Assembly: GCA_032128875.1 (NCBI GenBank)
Contig: JAVLKG010000002.1
Coordinates: 1,056,001 to 1,120,000, forward strand
Direction of reading: 5' to 3'
Source of the DNA: Candidatus Melainabacteria bacterium 17Bon1m
GTDB taxonomy: Bacteria > Cyanobacteriota > Vampirovibrionia > Obscuribacterales > Obscuribacteraceae
Length of the DNA: 64,000 nucleotides
The translations under genes were made by a program, and so were the position numbers. A model generated the notes under the pieces. It had not been told where the DNA came from. It saw only the letters and a list, made by a program, of their open reading frames with translations, and made no database searches. Positions 39,298 through 47,902 of the stretch are shown piece by piece (the first letter of the stretch is position 1; the number at the start of each line of letters is the position of its first letter).

Positions 39298-40718
39298 GGG
39301 CTTTTTCGTTTGGCGCTATCCTTCACTGTTGAATCAGTCTGAAGACTTGGAATATTAGGGTTGTTCGGATCTTGAGGCTGAATGGTCGGCTGCCAACCAT
39401 TCAACTGTCGCCATAGCTCATACCAGAGCGGCACGTCGCTAAGGAGAATCCAACCGGTGACTTGAGCGCCTGGGCGCAGGAAGGTAGTTGATGGCCATGG
39501 ATCAGCTTGTTTGTTTGCAATAGCGGTCTTATCAGGCTCGACAATTACGCGGTAGCGATTTTTTCCGTCGTCGGTTGCATCGATAACGCTCACTACGCCA
39601 GCAAATGTTCCGATAGCAATGCGCGGCCAGCCGATAAACTGAAGTGCCGGCCAACCGGCGATCTGCAGACGCACAGGGCGACCGACCGAAACTAGTGGCG
39701 CGTCCCAATCTCTGATATTGATCTCTGCGGCGCGGTCTTGAGTATGTGGTGCAATCACTGCCAAAACGTCGCCGGCATTTACCATAGCTCCTGCGCCCAC
39801 GCGCATGAGCCGGACAATTCTGCCGGAGCAAGGGGCGTCGACTGTCCTTTGATCGACGCGTTTTTCGAAGTTGTCGATGTCGATCTGAAGTTTGTAGATG
39901 TCGGCATCAGTACTTGCCACCAATTGATTTGCGTCGGCGCGTGCTGCCTTTATAGCGTTGATATTGCCGCCAGTGTCTGCGTCTGTGCGCTTGTTCTCCA
40001 GCAGCGAAATGCTCGCATCTTCTTTGGCTACATCAAGAGCTGCCAATGCTCTTTCCAGTTCTGTCTTAGAGCGAATGGTGTCCAGCTCGGCAAGCTCTTT
40101 GTCACGTTTTGAACGAAGCCCGTCGTTGAACAAAGACTCAACTCGATCTGATTGCCATTGAGCTGTTTTTAAACTTTGCTTGGCCGCTTCCACAGCTTGC
40201 TCGGCTTGATAGACACGATCGTTAGCCTGCTTTACTCTTTCAATTGTGGCTGGAACAGCAGCTTTACGAACTCCGGCTGAGGCGTTTACTTGATCGCTCA
40301 AAGCTTCGGCACGCGCCTTAAGTGCATCTCGCTTGGCCATAAGCGCAGTCTTCTGTGCGAGCAATGTCTTGAGTTGTGTGTTGTCGAGAAATCGCGAATC
40401 GAGCTCAGCTAAAGAAACAATCTTTTGACCTTTTTCGACGTCTTGACCGTCACGGACAAACCAATTGACGATGCGCCCTGGAATTTGCGCTTCAATAGTC
40501 TGAGGACGATCCATCGGTGAAAAGACTATTATTCTGCCTGTTCCAGTCACCGATTGACGCCAGGGAAGAAATAATGCTGCGACGATCGACGCGACCATGA
40601 TGAGAAGAACGCCGCTAATCATCACCGTAAACAAAACTGGCGTTCGCACCATTTGCAAGGAGCGAAAATGCGGCAATTTCCTTTCTCTGGATGTTTCTTT
40701 GTCTTCAACGGTATTCAT
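39294..40718 (-). CDS. HlyD-family membrane fusion protein
   Basis: TM, PWRQSVTGTG, IPGRIVNWFVRDGQDV, long coiled coil, GWPALQFIGWP..GTFAG, VPLWYELWRQLNG. Confidence 0.92.
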   Translation of the reverse strand: MNTVEDKETSRERKLPHFRSLQMVRTPVLFTVMISGVLLIMVASIVAALFLPWRQSVTGTGRIIVFSPMDRPQTIEAQIPGRIVNWFVRDGQDVEKGQKIVSLAELDSRFLDNTQLKTLLAQKTALMAKRDALKARAEALSDQVNASAGVRKAAVPATIERVKQANDRVYQAEQAVEAAKQSLKTAQWQSDRVESLFNDGLRSKRDKELAELDTIRSKTELERALAALDVAKEDASISLLENKRTDADTGGNINAIKAARADANQLVASTDADIYKLQIDIDNFEKRVDQRTVDAPCSGRIVRLMRVGAGAMVNAGDVLAVIAPHTQDRAAEINIRDWDAPLVSVGRPVRLQIAGWPALQFIGWPRIAIGTFAGVVSVIDATDDGKNRYRVIVEPDKTAIANKQADPWPSTTFLRPGAQVTGWILLSDVPLWYELWRQLNGWQPTIQPQDPNNPNIPSLQTDSTVKDSAKRKSP

Positions 40719-40721
40719 TGA

Positions 40722-42515
40722 CTACTTGCGAATAAGCTCCACGAGTTTTGGAAACAGTTGTTCGAGCTGGCTATCTTTTTTGGAAAGCAGCTCTTTTAGA
40801 TTGCCTGACTCAACGACCTGTCCATTGCGCAGAAAGACCATTCTGTTCGAATGAAAAATGGTATCGGCGTCCTGAGAGATATCGATAATGGTCCAGGGCA
40901 TGTCGGCGGCAAACAGGCGATCGAGAATTTGCATTTTGCTTCGCTCTTCAATACCGGTAAATGCTTCATCAAGTATCAGCAAGCGCGGCTTTTGGGCAAT
41001 GGCTCTTGCTATCAAAAGTTTTTGCGCTTGCCCGCGAGATAAATTTCGTCCGCCGCTCAACAGCTCAGTCTTCAACCCATCGCGCATACTGACGAGTTCT
41101 GAGTCGAAATCAACTATCTTGAGAGCCCAGAGCATTTCCTCATGGGATATTTCACTGCGTCCAAACGTGACGTTAGTTTCAATTGTGCCTTCAAAAATCT
41201 CATTTGAGTCTGTGACCAGTGAAACAATGCTGCGCAGACTCTCGTAATTGATATCGCGCACATCCATGCCGTTAATTTGCACCAGCCCAGAACTTGGCTC
41301 AATCAGCCCGCTAAGAACAAGCGCAAGAGTGGATTTGCCTGACGCATTTGGTCCCATCAGGCTGATTCTTTCACCCGGCCGCAGTTGAAGGTTCAAGCCA
41401 TTGATGACATTTGTTTTTTGCCCGTAATCGACATGAAGACCTTGAATATTGAGTGAGGCACCACCTTGAGTGGGAGCGCAATTGCTTCCGTCGATTCTTT
41501 CTAACGGCAGGTCTTCTACGTAGCCAATTTTGCCGAGCGCTGAGAGTAACTCATATAGTGTTTGCAGGTGTCTGATTAAACGCTCGAGTGCCGGTAGCAT
41601 CTGAGTAACCAGCAATTGAGCGGCGACAAGTTGCCCCAAGGCGAGTTGTCTTTCGATGACGAGCCAACCGCCAATACCGAGAACACCGGCAGCAGCGAAG
41701 GCTTGAAACAGCGCTAGCCCAGATGCCTGGCGGAAAAGCACACTGAAGTGTTTGCGTCGTGCATCCGTGTACTCGAAGACCAAATTGTCGGTTCGCTCGA
41801 GTATGTGCATTGGAAACTTGTTGAGCTTGATCGAGGTTTCACAACGCCCCAGTTCTTCTAGCCATTCGGCTACCAGGTATCTTTTCGATGTCTCATTGCT
41901 TCTGGTTTTATATCCATCAAATCCGAATAGAAAGACCTCACAGAGCACAAAGCCAATTACAATCATTACAAAGGCAAGCAGGTAAGGGCTATACAGCGCC
42001 ATGAGCGTTAGCCCGATAAGAATCTGCAAGGTGGCGGCGGGGACGTCTAGCAGCAGATTGGCAAAATTTCCCTGAATCGTAATTACATCGAAGAAGCGAT
42101 TTACTAAATCTGGGAGATATTCTTTGGACAATTGCGAGTGCTGAATGCGAGGCACTCGATAAGCGATACGCAACGCGATGCGGTTGAAAACGCGCTGCCT
42201 GACCAGTTCTACAAGCCATATAGTCAAGAGTCGAAGGAGGGCGGCGAAGAGTAGTCCGCCTAAAACCAAACCGGCAATTACGGTAATCGGTTGCAGGAAA
42301 AATCCCGCCGCAATTGTGTTTACAACCATTTGAGTCGACAGAGGCACTGCCAAACTCATGACACCGCCTAGCGAACTGTAGATGAGAATTAAGAAGAGGT
42401 CTTTCTTGTCCTCGACGATCATTCGCCAGAGGCGATAGTAAGGAGATGTCGGTTTGTCCTTCTGGTTTGCATCACCGGCTGGGTAAAGGACTTTTGTCAG
42501 AGAATCGACAGACAT
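40722..42515 (-). CDS. ABC exporter, fused permease/ATPase (type I secretion-like)
   Basis: TM domain; GPNASGKST, LSRGQ, LLILDE. Confidence 0.92.
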   Translation of the reverse strand: MSVDSLTKVLYPAGDANQKDKPTSPYYRLWRMIVEDKKDLFLILIYSSLGGVMSLAVPLSTQMVVNTIAAGFFLQPITVIAGLVLGGLLFAALLRLLTIWLVELVRQRVFNRIALRIAYRVPRIQHSQLSKEYLPDLVNRFFDVITIQGNFANLLLDVPAATLQILIGLTLMALYSPYLLAFVMIVIGFVLCEVFLFGFDGYKTRSNETSKRYLVAEWLEELGRCETSIKLNKFPMHILERTDNLVFEYTDARRKHFSVLFRQASGLALFQAFAAAGVLGIGGWLVIERQLALGQLVAAQLLVTQMLPALERLIRHLQTLYELLSALGKIGYVEDLPLERIDGSNCAPTQGGASLNIQGLHVDYGQKTNVINGLNLQLRPGERISLMGPNASGKSTLALVLSGLIEPSSGLVQINGMDVRDINYESLRSIVSLVTDSNEIFEGTIETNVTFGRSEISHEEMLWALKIVDFDSELVSMRDGLKTELLSGGRNLSRGQAQKLLIARAIAQKPRLLILDEAFTGIEERSKMQILDRLFAADMPWTIIDISQDADTIFHSNRMVFLRNGQVVESGNLKELLSKKDSQLEQLFPKLVELIRK

Positions 42516-42660
42516 TAAGTTGGATTTGCACGGCGTAGAGAACGAGACAAATTAAGTGTGCCTGAAACGAATCGCAAATCCAAGCGACAGTATAAAGAAA
42601 GGCTCTAATTCTATCTAAGCAAGCGAAATCGATATATCTTTAGTGCATACGAAAATGGCG

Positions 42661-42705
42661 GTTCGGTGCCAACTCAGTCGTGGGGCGAAAGAGCTGGCAC
42701 CGAAC
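42661..42705 (-). terminator. Long stem-loop downstream of the kinase operon (terminator- or REP-like)
   Basis: Minus strand GTTCGGTGCCAGCTC-N15-GAGTTGGCACCGAAC: 15-bp stem with one G-U pair, followed by CGCCATTTT. Confidence 0.55.
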
Positions 42706-42727
42706 TTTGGCGTTGGAAAAACTTGTT

Positions 42728-44533
42728 TTAGCTAGGTTGGAAGCTGGTTTCCTTTGATGTGTCGTGGGGCAACGAGACTGTGAATGTGGTGCCGTCAACG
42801 TCTGATTTGCAAGAAATATTTCCTTTATGCGCATCGACAATCTGTCTGCACATGTAAAGTCCGAGCCCGACTTTTGGTAGATAGCCGGTTCCGTCTTCTT
42901 CTCCTGTCAATGGACGTTCGAATAGTTTGTTTCTCTGATCGAGTTCGATAAAGGAACCACTGTTATTCACTTCGAACATGACGTGGTCACCCCTGCGAAA
43001 TGCTCTCAGCGAGATCGTGCCGCCTGCGGGCATATATTTCAGGGCATTCTCAAGCAGATTTTGGATAACTACCCGTAGCGATTCGCTATTGCCGACGATA
43101 CCGACATCTCCGCTTTCGCTCAGGTTCAATTCAATATTTACTTTCTTAGCGTCAGCATCTTGTTGGAATTTTGCAGCACAGTCTCTAATTAAGCTGGTTA
43201 CGCTTGCGTATTCCGATGCTTGAATATCCGAATCTCTGTCGTATTTATACACAGAGATGATGTGCTGAATCATGCGCAGCAATTCATTATTGCCTTCGAC
43301 AATCTTCGTGAGAATCCGCTCTTGTTCGGTCTCTAATTTGCCTAGCTTTCCTTCCGTCATTAGATTCAGAATTCGGTTTGTTCCAACAATTGGGTTTTTC
43401 AAATCGTTGGCAAGCATCGCCATGAAATCATCTCTTTGGTTCATAAGTAGAATTCGGCGATTGTTCTCTTCGGCATTTTTTCGGTCTGTTACGTCCTCCA
43501 GTGTTCCGATTAATTGTCGCTTGCCGTCAGCCTTTCCGGTAAGTGGAACAGCCTTAGCCTTAATCCATTTTGTGACGCCTGAAAGAGTATGAATGCGAAA
43601 CTCTTGCGACCACTCATTTCCTTTTTCTACCGCTTCTTTCCATGAAGCAAGTGTTCTTTCGCGGTCACTCTCTACAACAAGAGTCCACCATTCCTTTCCC
43701 TTTTCAATGGGGGAGGCTGTGAGTTGAAACCACGGCAGACCAATTACTTCCCAGCCATCATCTGCATTGGATTCGAAAATGACAGTGGGCACCGAGCTGC
43801 ATAAATTGCGGAATTTCTCTTCCGATCTTTTTACCTGTTCTGTCCTTTCAATGACTTGTTCTTCGATTATCTGATTGGTCAATTCCATCTGAGCTTGTTT
43901 TTCAGCGATGCGCAGTTTCTCCCGCATATCGAGAACACATTTTCGTATAAGGAATACATCCGCAAAAAGCACCCAGCTCGAATGTTCTACCCAACGCCAG
44001 GGCTCTGGGTACGTGACGCCGTAGACGGAAAACGGCAGATAAACTCCGCGCACGATGTGATCTAGCGCCGTCATGACTGTTGCCGTTACCAAAACTCTCC
44101 AGTCCGCATAGAAAGCGAGGAAAGTGAGTGATCCAAAAATAAGGAAGTGCGTTTCTAAACGACCACCACATAGGTGAATAATTAAGGCAGTCATTAATAT
44201 CTGCGCTACTGCTATGGTTTGTCTGGTTAATGCTTTGCCCGAGTAGAACCATGCCAAACCAACCGGCAGAATGATAATCGCCATACCCAACCAAATTGAA
44301 AGCATGACGTGAATGTGAGTGTTTGATGAAACGCCTTCCCAAGAAGTTGGCGACACCAAAAATGCTGTCAGCACCCCGCCCAGCCATTCTATGATTAGCA
44401 GAACCGCGAACATATGGTCGCAGTCGGCATAATTTCTTCGCACGAGGGCTTCGAAAATCGATTTTGTCTTCGAGCTGATCAACTCGGCGACTTCACTGTG
44501 CAATTTTAATTGTTCGATCCGATCGACGCTCAC
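42728..44533 (-). CDS. Membrane PAS-domain histidine kinase homolog lacking the phospho-His
   Basis: Multi-TM sensor (GGRLETHF, WRWVEH), PAS/PAC, H-box MLANDLKNP, NLLENALKY, GLGLYMC. GTG 44533 overlaps the upstream TGA. Confidence 0.88.
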   Translation of the reverse strand: MSVDRIEQLKLHSEVAELISSKTKSIFEALVRRNYADCDHMFAVLLIIEWLGGVLTAFLVSPTSWEGVSSNTHIHVMLSIWLGMAIIILPVGLAWFYSGKALTRQTIAVAQILMTALIIHLCGGRLETHFLIFGSLTFLAFYADWRVLVTATVMTALDHIVRGVYLPFSVYGVTYPEPWRWVEHSSWVLFADVFLIRKCVLDMREKLRIAEKQAQMELTNQIIEEQVIERTEQVKRSEEKFRNLCSSVPTVIFESNADDGWEVIGLPWFQLTASPIEKGKEWWTLVVESDRERTLASWKEAVEKGNEWSQEFRIHTLSGVTKWIKAKAVPLTGKADGKRQLIGTLEDVTDRKNAEENNRRILLMNQRDDFMAMLANDLKNPIVGTNRILNLMTEGKLGKLETEQERILTKIVEGNNELLRMIQHIISVYKYDRDSDIQASEYASVTSLIRDCAAKFQQDADAKKVNIELNLSESGDVGIVGNSESLRVVIQNLLENALKYMPAGGTISLRAFRRGDHVMFEVNNSGSFIELDQRNKLFERPLTGEEDGTGYLPKVGLGLYMCRQIVDAHKGNISCKSDVDGTTFTVSLPHDTSKETSFQPS

Positions 44534-45189
44534 AGAACCGCCCTCAAAGCACAGCCAAAAACTGGTGTGGTAGTGTATTTGACTTTCCTTGCCAAAATGC
44601 ACTGTTTGGCTAAATCAAAATAATGGTTGTCTCCTCTATGACCTCGAGATCCTGTGATTCCGCCAGTAAATTGCAAAACGCCTCTGCCGTCGTAAATCAT
44701 TACGTGCCCGGAAGTAGTGACACCAAAAGTTTCCGCCTGCGAGCCACTGGTGTCGTATTCAATGGTCACGTTGCGAATTCTTTTGACACGTTGAATTATT
44801 GGAGCTGATGACCATTCAGCTTCTTTTTCTGGTGGCATGTAGAAAACGACTGTGCCAACCGAATCCTTTTCGCCTTCGCGCATCAGTTCGTGAAATTCAT
44901 CTACGCTCGCCTCAGAGCAAGGGCAGCCTGGGTGCAAGAACATAACAATGTTTTGTCGTCCATGCGCAAGTTGTACATCGCTGCACTGCGGAAAAACTCT
45001 TTTGGAGTTTGCCAGCGGGCTTGGTGTAAGCTCATACTCGTACAGCACTAAGTGCCCGACAAAGAGCAAAGATATCCAGATCAGATAGGCGGCAAGAAAA
45101 AGACAAACGAACGCAGTTTGACGTATGCCGAACGTCTTCTTGTCAGTAGATTGAGATTCAGATTTTGAGCTTTCCATCTTGATCTGCAA
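44530..45189 (-). CDS. Membrane-anchored thioredoxin-like protein (RedB-like)
   Basis: One TM; FLHPGCPCS, FGVTTSGH, GGITGSRGH, PVFGC. Confidence 0.7.
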   Translation of the reverse strand: MQIKMESSKSESQSTDKKTFGIRQTAFVCLFLAAYLIWISLLFVGHLVLYEYELTPSPLANSKRVFPQCSDVQLAHGRQNIVMFLHPGCPCSEASVDEFHELMREGEKDSVGTVVFYMPPEKEAEWSSAPIIQRVKRIRNVTIEYDTSGSQAETFGVTTSGHVMIYDGRGVLQFTGGITGSRGHRGDNHYFDLAKQCILARKVKYTTTPVFGCALRAVL

Positions 45190-45200
45190 CCTGCTTTAAA

Positions 45201-46838
45201 TCAAACGCCCAGCCCTTCCAAATCCTTTTTCAATTCGTGCATCGATTGATGCCGCTGATATTTGTCTTTGCGTAGTGTTTTTGTGATGATGGCTTGCAAG
45301 CGATTGTCGACAGTGACTCCTGCTGTGGCTGCAGCTAACGCAATCGGCGGGCATTCTTCGTTGACTTGCTTATACATGGCTTCCACGATGTTTTCGGTCA
45401 TGAAAGGTGGATGCCCTACGAGTGTTTCGTACATCAGCGTGCCCATGGAATAAACGTCGGAGTTAGCCTCCAGCTGCAGTCCCATGCACTGCTCCGGGCT
45501 CATGTAAGTCGGCGATCCGAATACCTGCCCGGGCACTGTCAGTCCCGCACCTTCAGTTTCGGCTGCAACCAATTTAGCTGTGCCGAAGTCGACCAGTTTG
45601 ACGTTCAAATCAGGTTTTCCATAATTAACTACAAGTACATTGCTTGGCTTCAAATCTCTGTGAATGATGCCATTATCGTGTGCGTGTCCAAGTCCGCTGC
45701 ACACTTGTTTGAATACCTCGACTGATTGTTTCCAAGGCAAGTGCTTATGTTCGGCAATGAGCTCATCGAGGCTGCTTCCGCCCAGGTAGTCCATGATCAT
45801 GAACGCCTGACCTTCGGGTGATAGACCGAAATCAATTACGTTGACGATGTTTCCGTGCGTCAGCGAACTGGCTGCCGCAGCCTCTTGTCGGAAGCGCTTC
45901 AATAAAGAAATATCGGATATTAGTTCAAGGTGCATGATTTTTATAGCGACAAGCTTGTGCATGTAGCGATGTCGCGCTTTGTATACAGCACCACTGGTGC
46001 CGCATCCAAGCAGTGCGAGAATTTCGTAGCGGTCAGCGAAGACGCTTCCGATCATCGCATCTTCTTTCAGCTCGTTACCATCATATGGGCAACGAGTGAA
46101 TTCTACGCCAAGGCGTACTCGGCAATTTGGACAGATTTTGGACATCTGAAAGTCTTGCGAGTTTTTCGCATTGCGAGAGATTTTCGTCGCCGGAACGCTA
46201 TTGCCGGACCAAGAAACTTTCTGAATCAGCTTTTTCAAATAGGACTGTACTTCGCTGTCCTTCAGACCAACTTGTGTGCCGATTTCGTCCGACGAAGCAC
46301 CTTCCAGAATCAAGCCGAGCACTTTCAATTCGCTTTCCGTCAGCGCTAATCTTTCGCTGGTAATTTGTGGATCAGCCAATTTCGCCGAGTGAAGAACGCG
46401 GCGCGCGATGTCATCGTCGAGCCAAGCAGCACCTGATGCAACTGAATTGATTGCCGTGTTGAGTTTGGCCGTTGAGATATCTTTCAAGCAATAGCCATCC
46501 GCACCGGCAGCCAGCGCAGCAAAGATTGATTTATCTTCTTCATGGCTAGTAAGGATCATGACGCGTGTATTCATTTGAGCTTTGATACGGCGAGTTGCCT
46601 CGATGCCGTCGAATCCAGGCAAGCCGATGTCCATGAGGATGACCTGTGGCTTCAACTCTAAGGCTTTCTGCACAGCGCTAGGACCATCGGCTGCGACGCC
46701 GACGATTTGAATATTGCGCATATATTGAAGGGTCAGGTTGAGACCAAGGCGCAGCACCTCTTGGTCTTCCACCACCAACACACTAATAAGGTCGCTGGCA
46801 CGTGTATTCTCGGCTTCAAAACGTCTCATGGTATTCAT
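45201..46838 (-). CDS. Fusion of receiver, LuxR-like HTH, Cys motif and Ser/Thr kinase domains
   Basis: VVEDQ..LMDIGLP..LTS..CLK; LTESELKVLGLILEG; CPNC..CPYD; GCGTSG, AIK, HRDLKPSN, DFG, GSPTYMSPE. Confidence 0.93.
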   Translation of the reverse strand: MNTMRRFEAENTRASDLISVLVVEDQEVLRLGLNLTLQYMRNIQIVGVAADGPSAVQKALELKPQVILMDIGLPGFDGIEATRRIKAQMNTRVMILTSHEEDKSIFAALAAGADGYCLKDISTAKLNTAINSVASGAAWLDDDIARRVLHSAKLADPQITSERLALTESELKVLGLILEGASSDEIGTQVGLKDSEVQSYLKKLIQKVSWSGNSVPATKISRNAKNSQDFQMSKICPNCRVRLGVEFTRCPYDGNELKEDAMIGSVFADRYEILALLGCGTSGAVYKARHRYMHKLVAIKIMHLELISDISLLKRFRQEAAAASSLTHGNIVNVIDFGLSPEGQAFMIMDYLGGSSLDELIAEHKHLPWKQSVEVFKQVCSGLGHAHDNGIIHRDLKPSNVLVVNYGKPDLNVKLVDFGTAKLVAAETEGAGLTVPGQVFGSPTYMSPEQCMGLQLEANSDVYSMGTLMYETLVGHPPFMTENIVEAMYKQVNEECPPIALAAATAGVTVDNRLQAIITKTLRKDKYQRHQSMHELKKDLEGLGV

Positions 46839-47013
46839 TGCTCACCCCAAAGCTGACAGGCGGTATACCGCCAGCCACTAGACGAACCACCTAGGTCCGT
46901 ACCGCCCTTACTCTTCCACTATCCTGTATGCTCGTCCTACGCGCATCACTCGAAAGTGCGAAAAGGGAGTGATTTCCGGTCACCCAAAGGTTCTGGTTTT
47001 CGGTGATTTAGCT

Positions 47014-47715
47014 TTAGCCTGCCGCTTCGACGTCGTATGCGTCAGAGTCACCATGTGATTCTTCGTCCTCGCCTTCACCATCAAAGGCACGATCGAGTTG
47101 GCGATAAACCCGACCCAGAGCGACCGAGCAGACGATGGAAGCGGGCAAAACTCCGACCACAAAACATATCAGCCCGCCGAAGACGACCATGCAGAGAGTG
47201 AAATATAATGCCAAGAGTTGCAACAGGTGACCTTTCGTGATGGCAAAACTGCGTTTTAGTGCCTCAATCGGACCCATCTCCTGGTCAATAATCAAATAGG
47301 AGTAAAGTCCCAGTGCCAGTCCTGCATATATACCTGGAATGGCGAGGAAGACTAGTCCTGTCCCGACCACGACCACGAAGATAAGGCTGGCAATGGTAAA
47401 AGGTATTGTGTACTTGAATCCGGCAAGGACGTCGCCGATACCGGCAGGCTCGTCGTCCATGCACAAAAGGGTGACTCTTGTCGACAGCATTAGTGTTATG
47501 AGTTGCACTACAACACTGGCAACTTTCAGCCACCACGGCGACTCGTGATTTTGAGCAAAAATGGCAAAAATTGTGGAAGCGGTATTGATCATCCCATGAG
47601 GAATCCACAAAATTACCGTCCAGAGCACCAACGCCAACCAGCGTCTGGTCAGAACATCCCAGCCGAATTCCAATGATTTTGCGATGTGGAAAGGTGGGTT
47701 TTCGGACATCTGCAA
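47014..47715 (-). CDS. Integral membrane protein (YciC/DUF975-like)
   Basis: Several TMs; FLAIPGIY, GPIEALKRSFAITKG. Confidence 0.7.
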   Translation of the reverse strand: MQMSENPPFHIAKSLEFGWDVLTRRWLALVLWTVILWIPHGMINTASTIFAIFAQNHESPWWLKVASVVVQLITLMLSTRVTLLCMDDEPAGIGDVLAGFKYTIPFTIASLIFVVVVGTGLVFLAIPGIYAGLALGLYSYLIIDQEMGPIEALKRSFAITKGHLLQLLALYFTLCMVVFGGLICFVVGVLPASIVCSVALGRVYRQLDRAFDGEGEDEESHGDSDAYDVEAAG

Positions 47716-47902
47716 GCTCCTAGTGAACGCTTCTCACTCCAAAAGGTTATACCCGCCAAGCTATATAGGCTTGAGATATATGTCCAATAATCAGAGAATA
47801 TAAAAGGTAGAGCCCTCTTACTATCAATACTTTTGCGTTGTTTTGTCCACTGAAATGGCGTATCTTTAAGGCTGTCGGCGAGCCTTTCGGCTGCCCTGGA
47901 AA

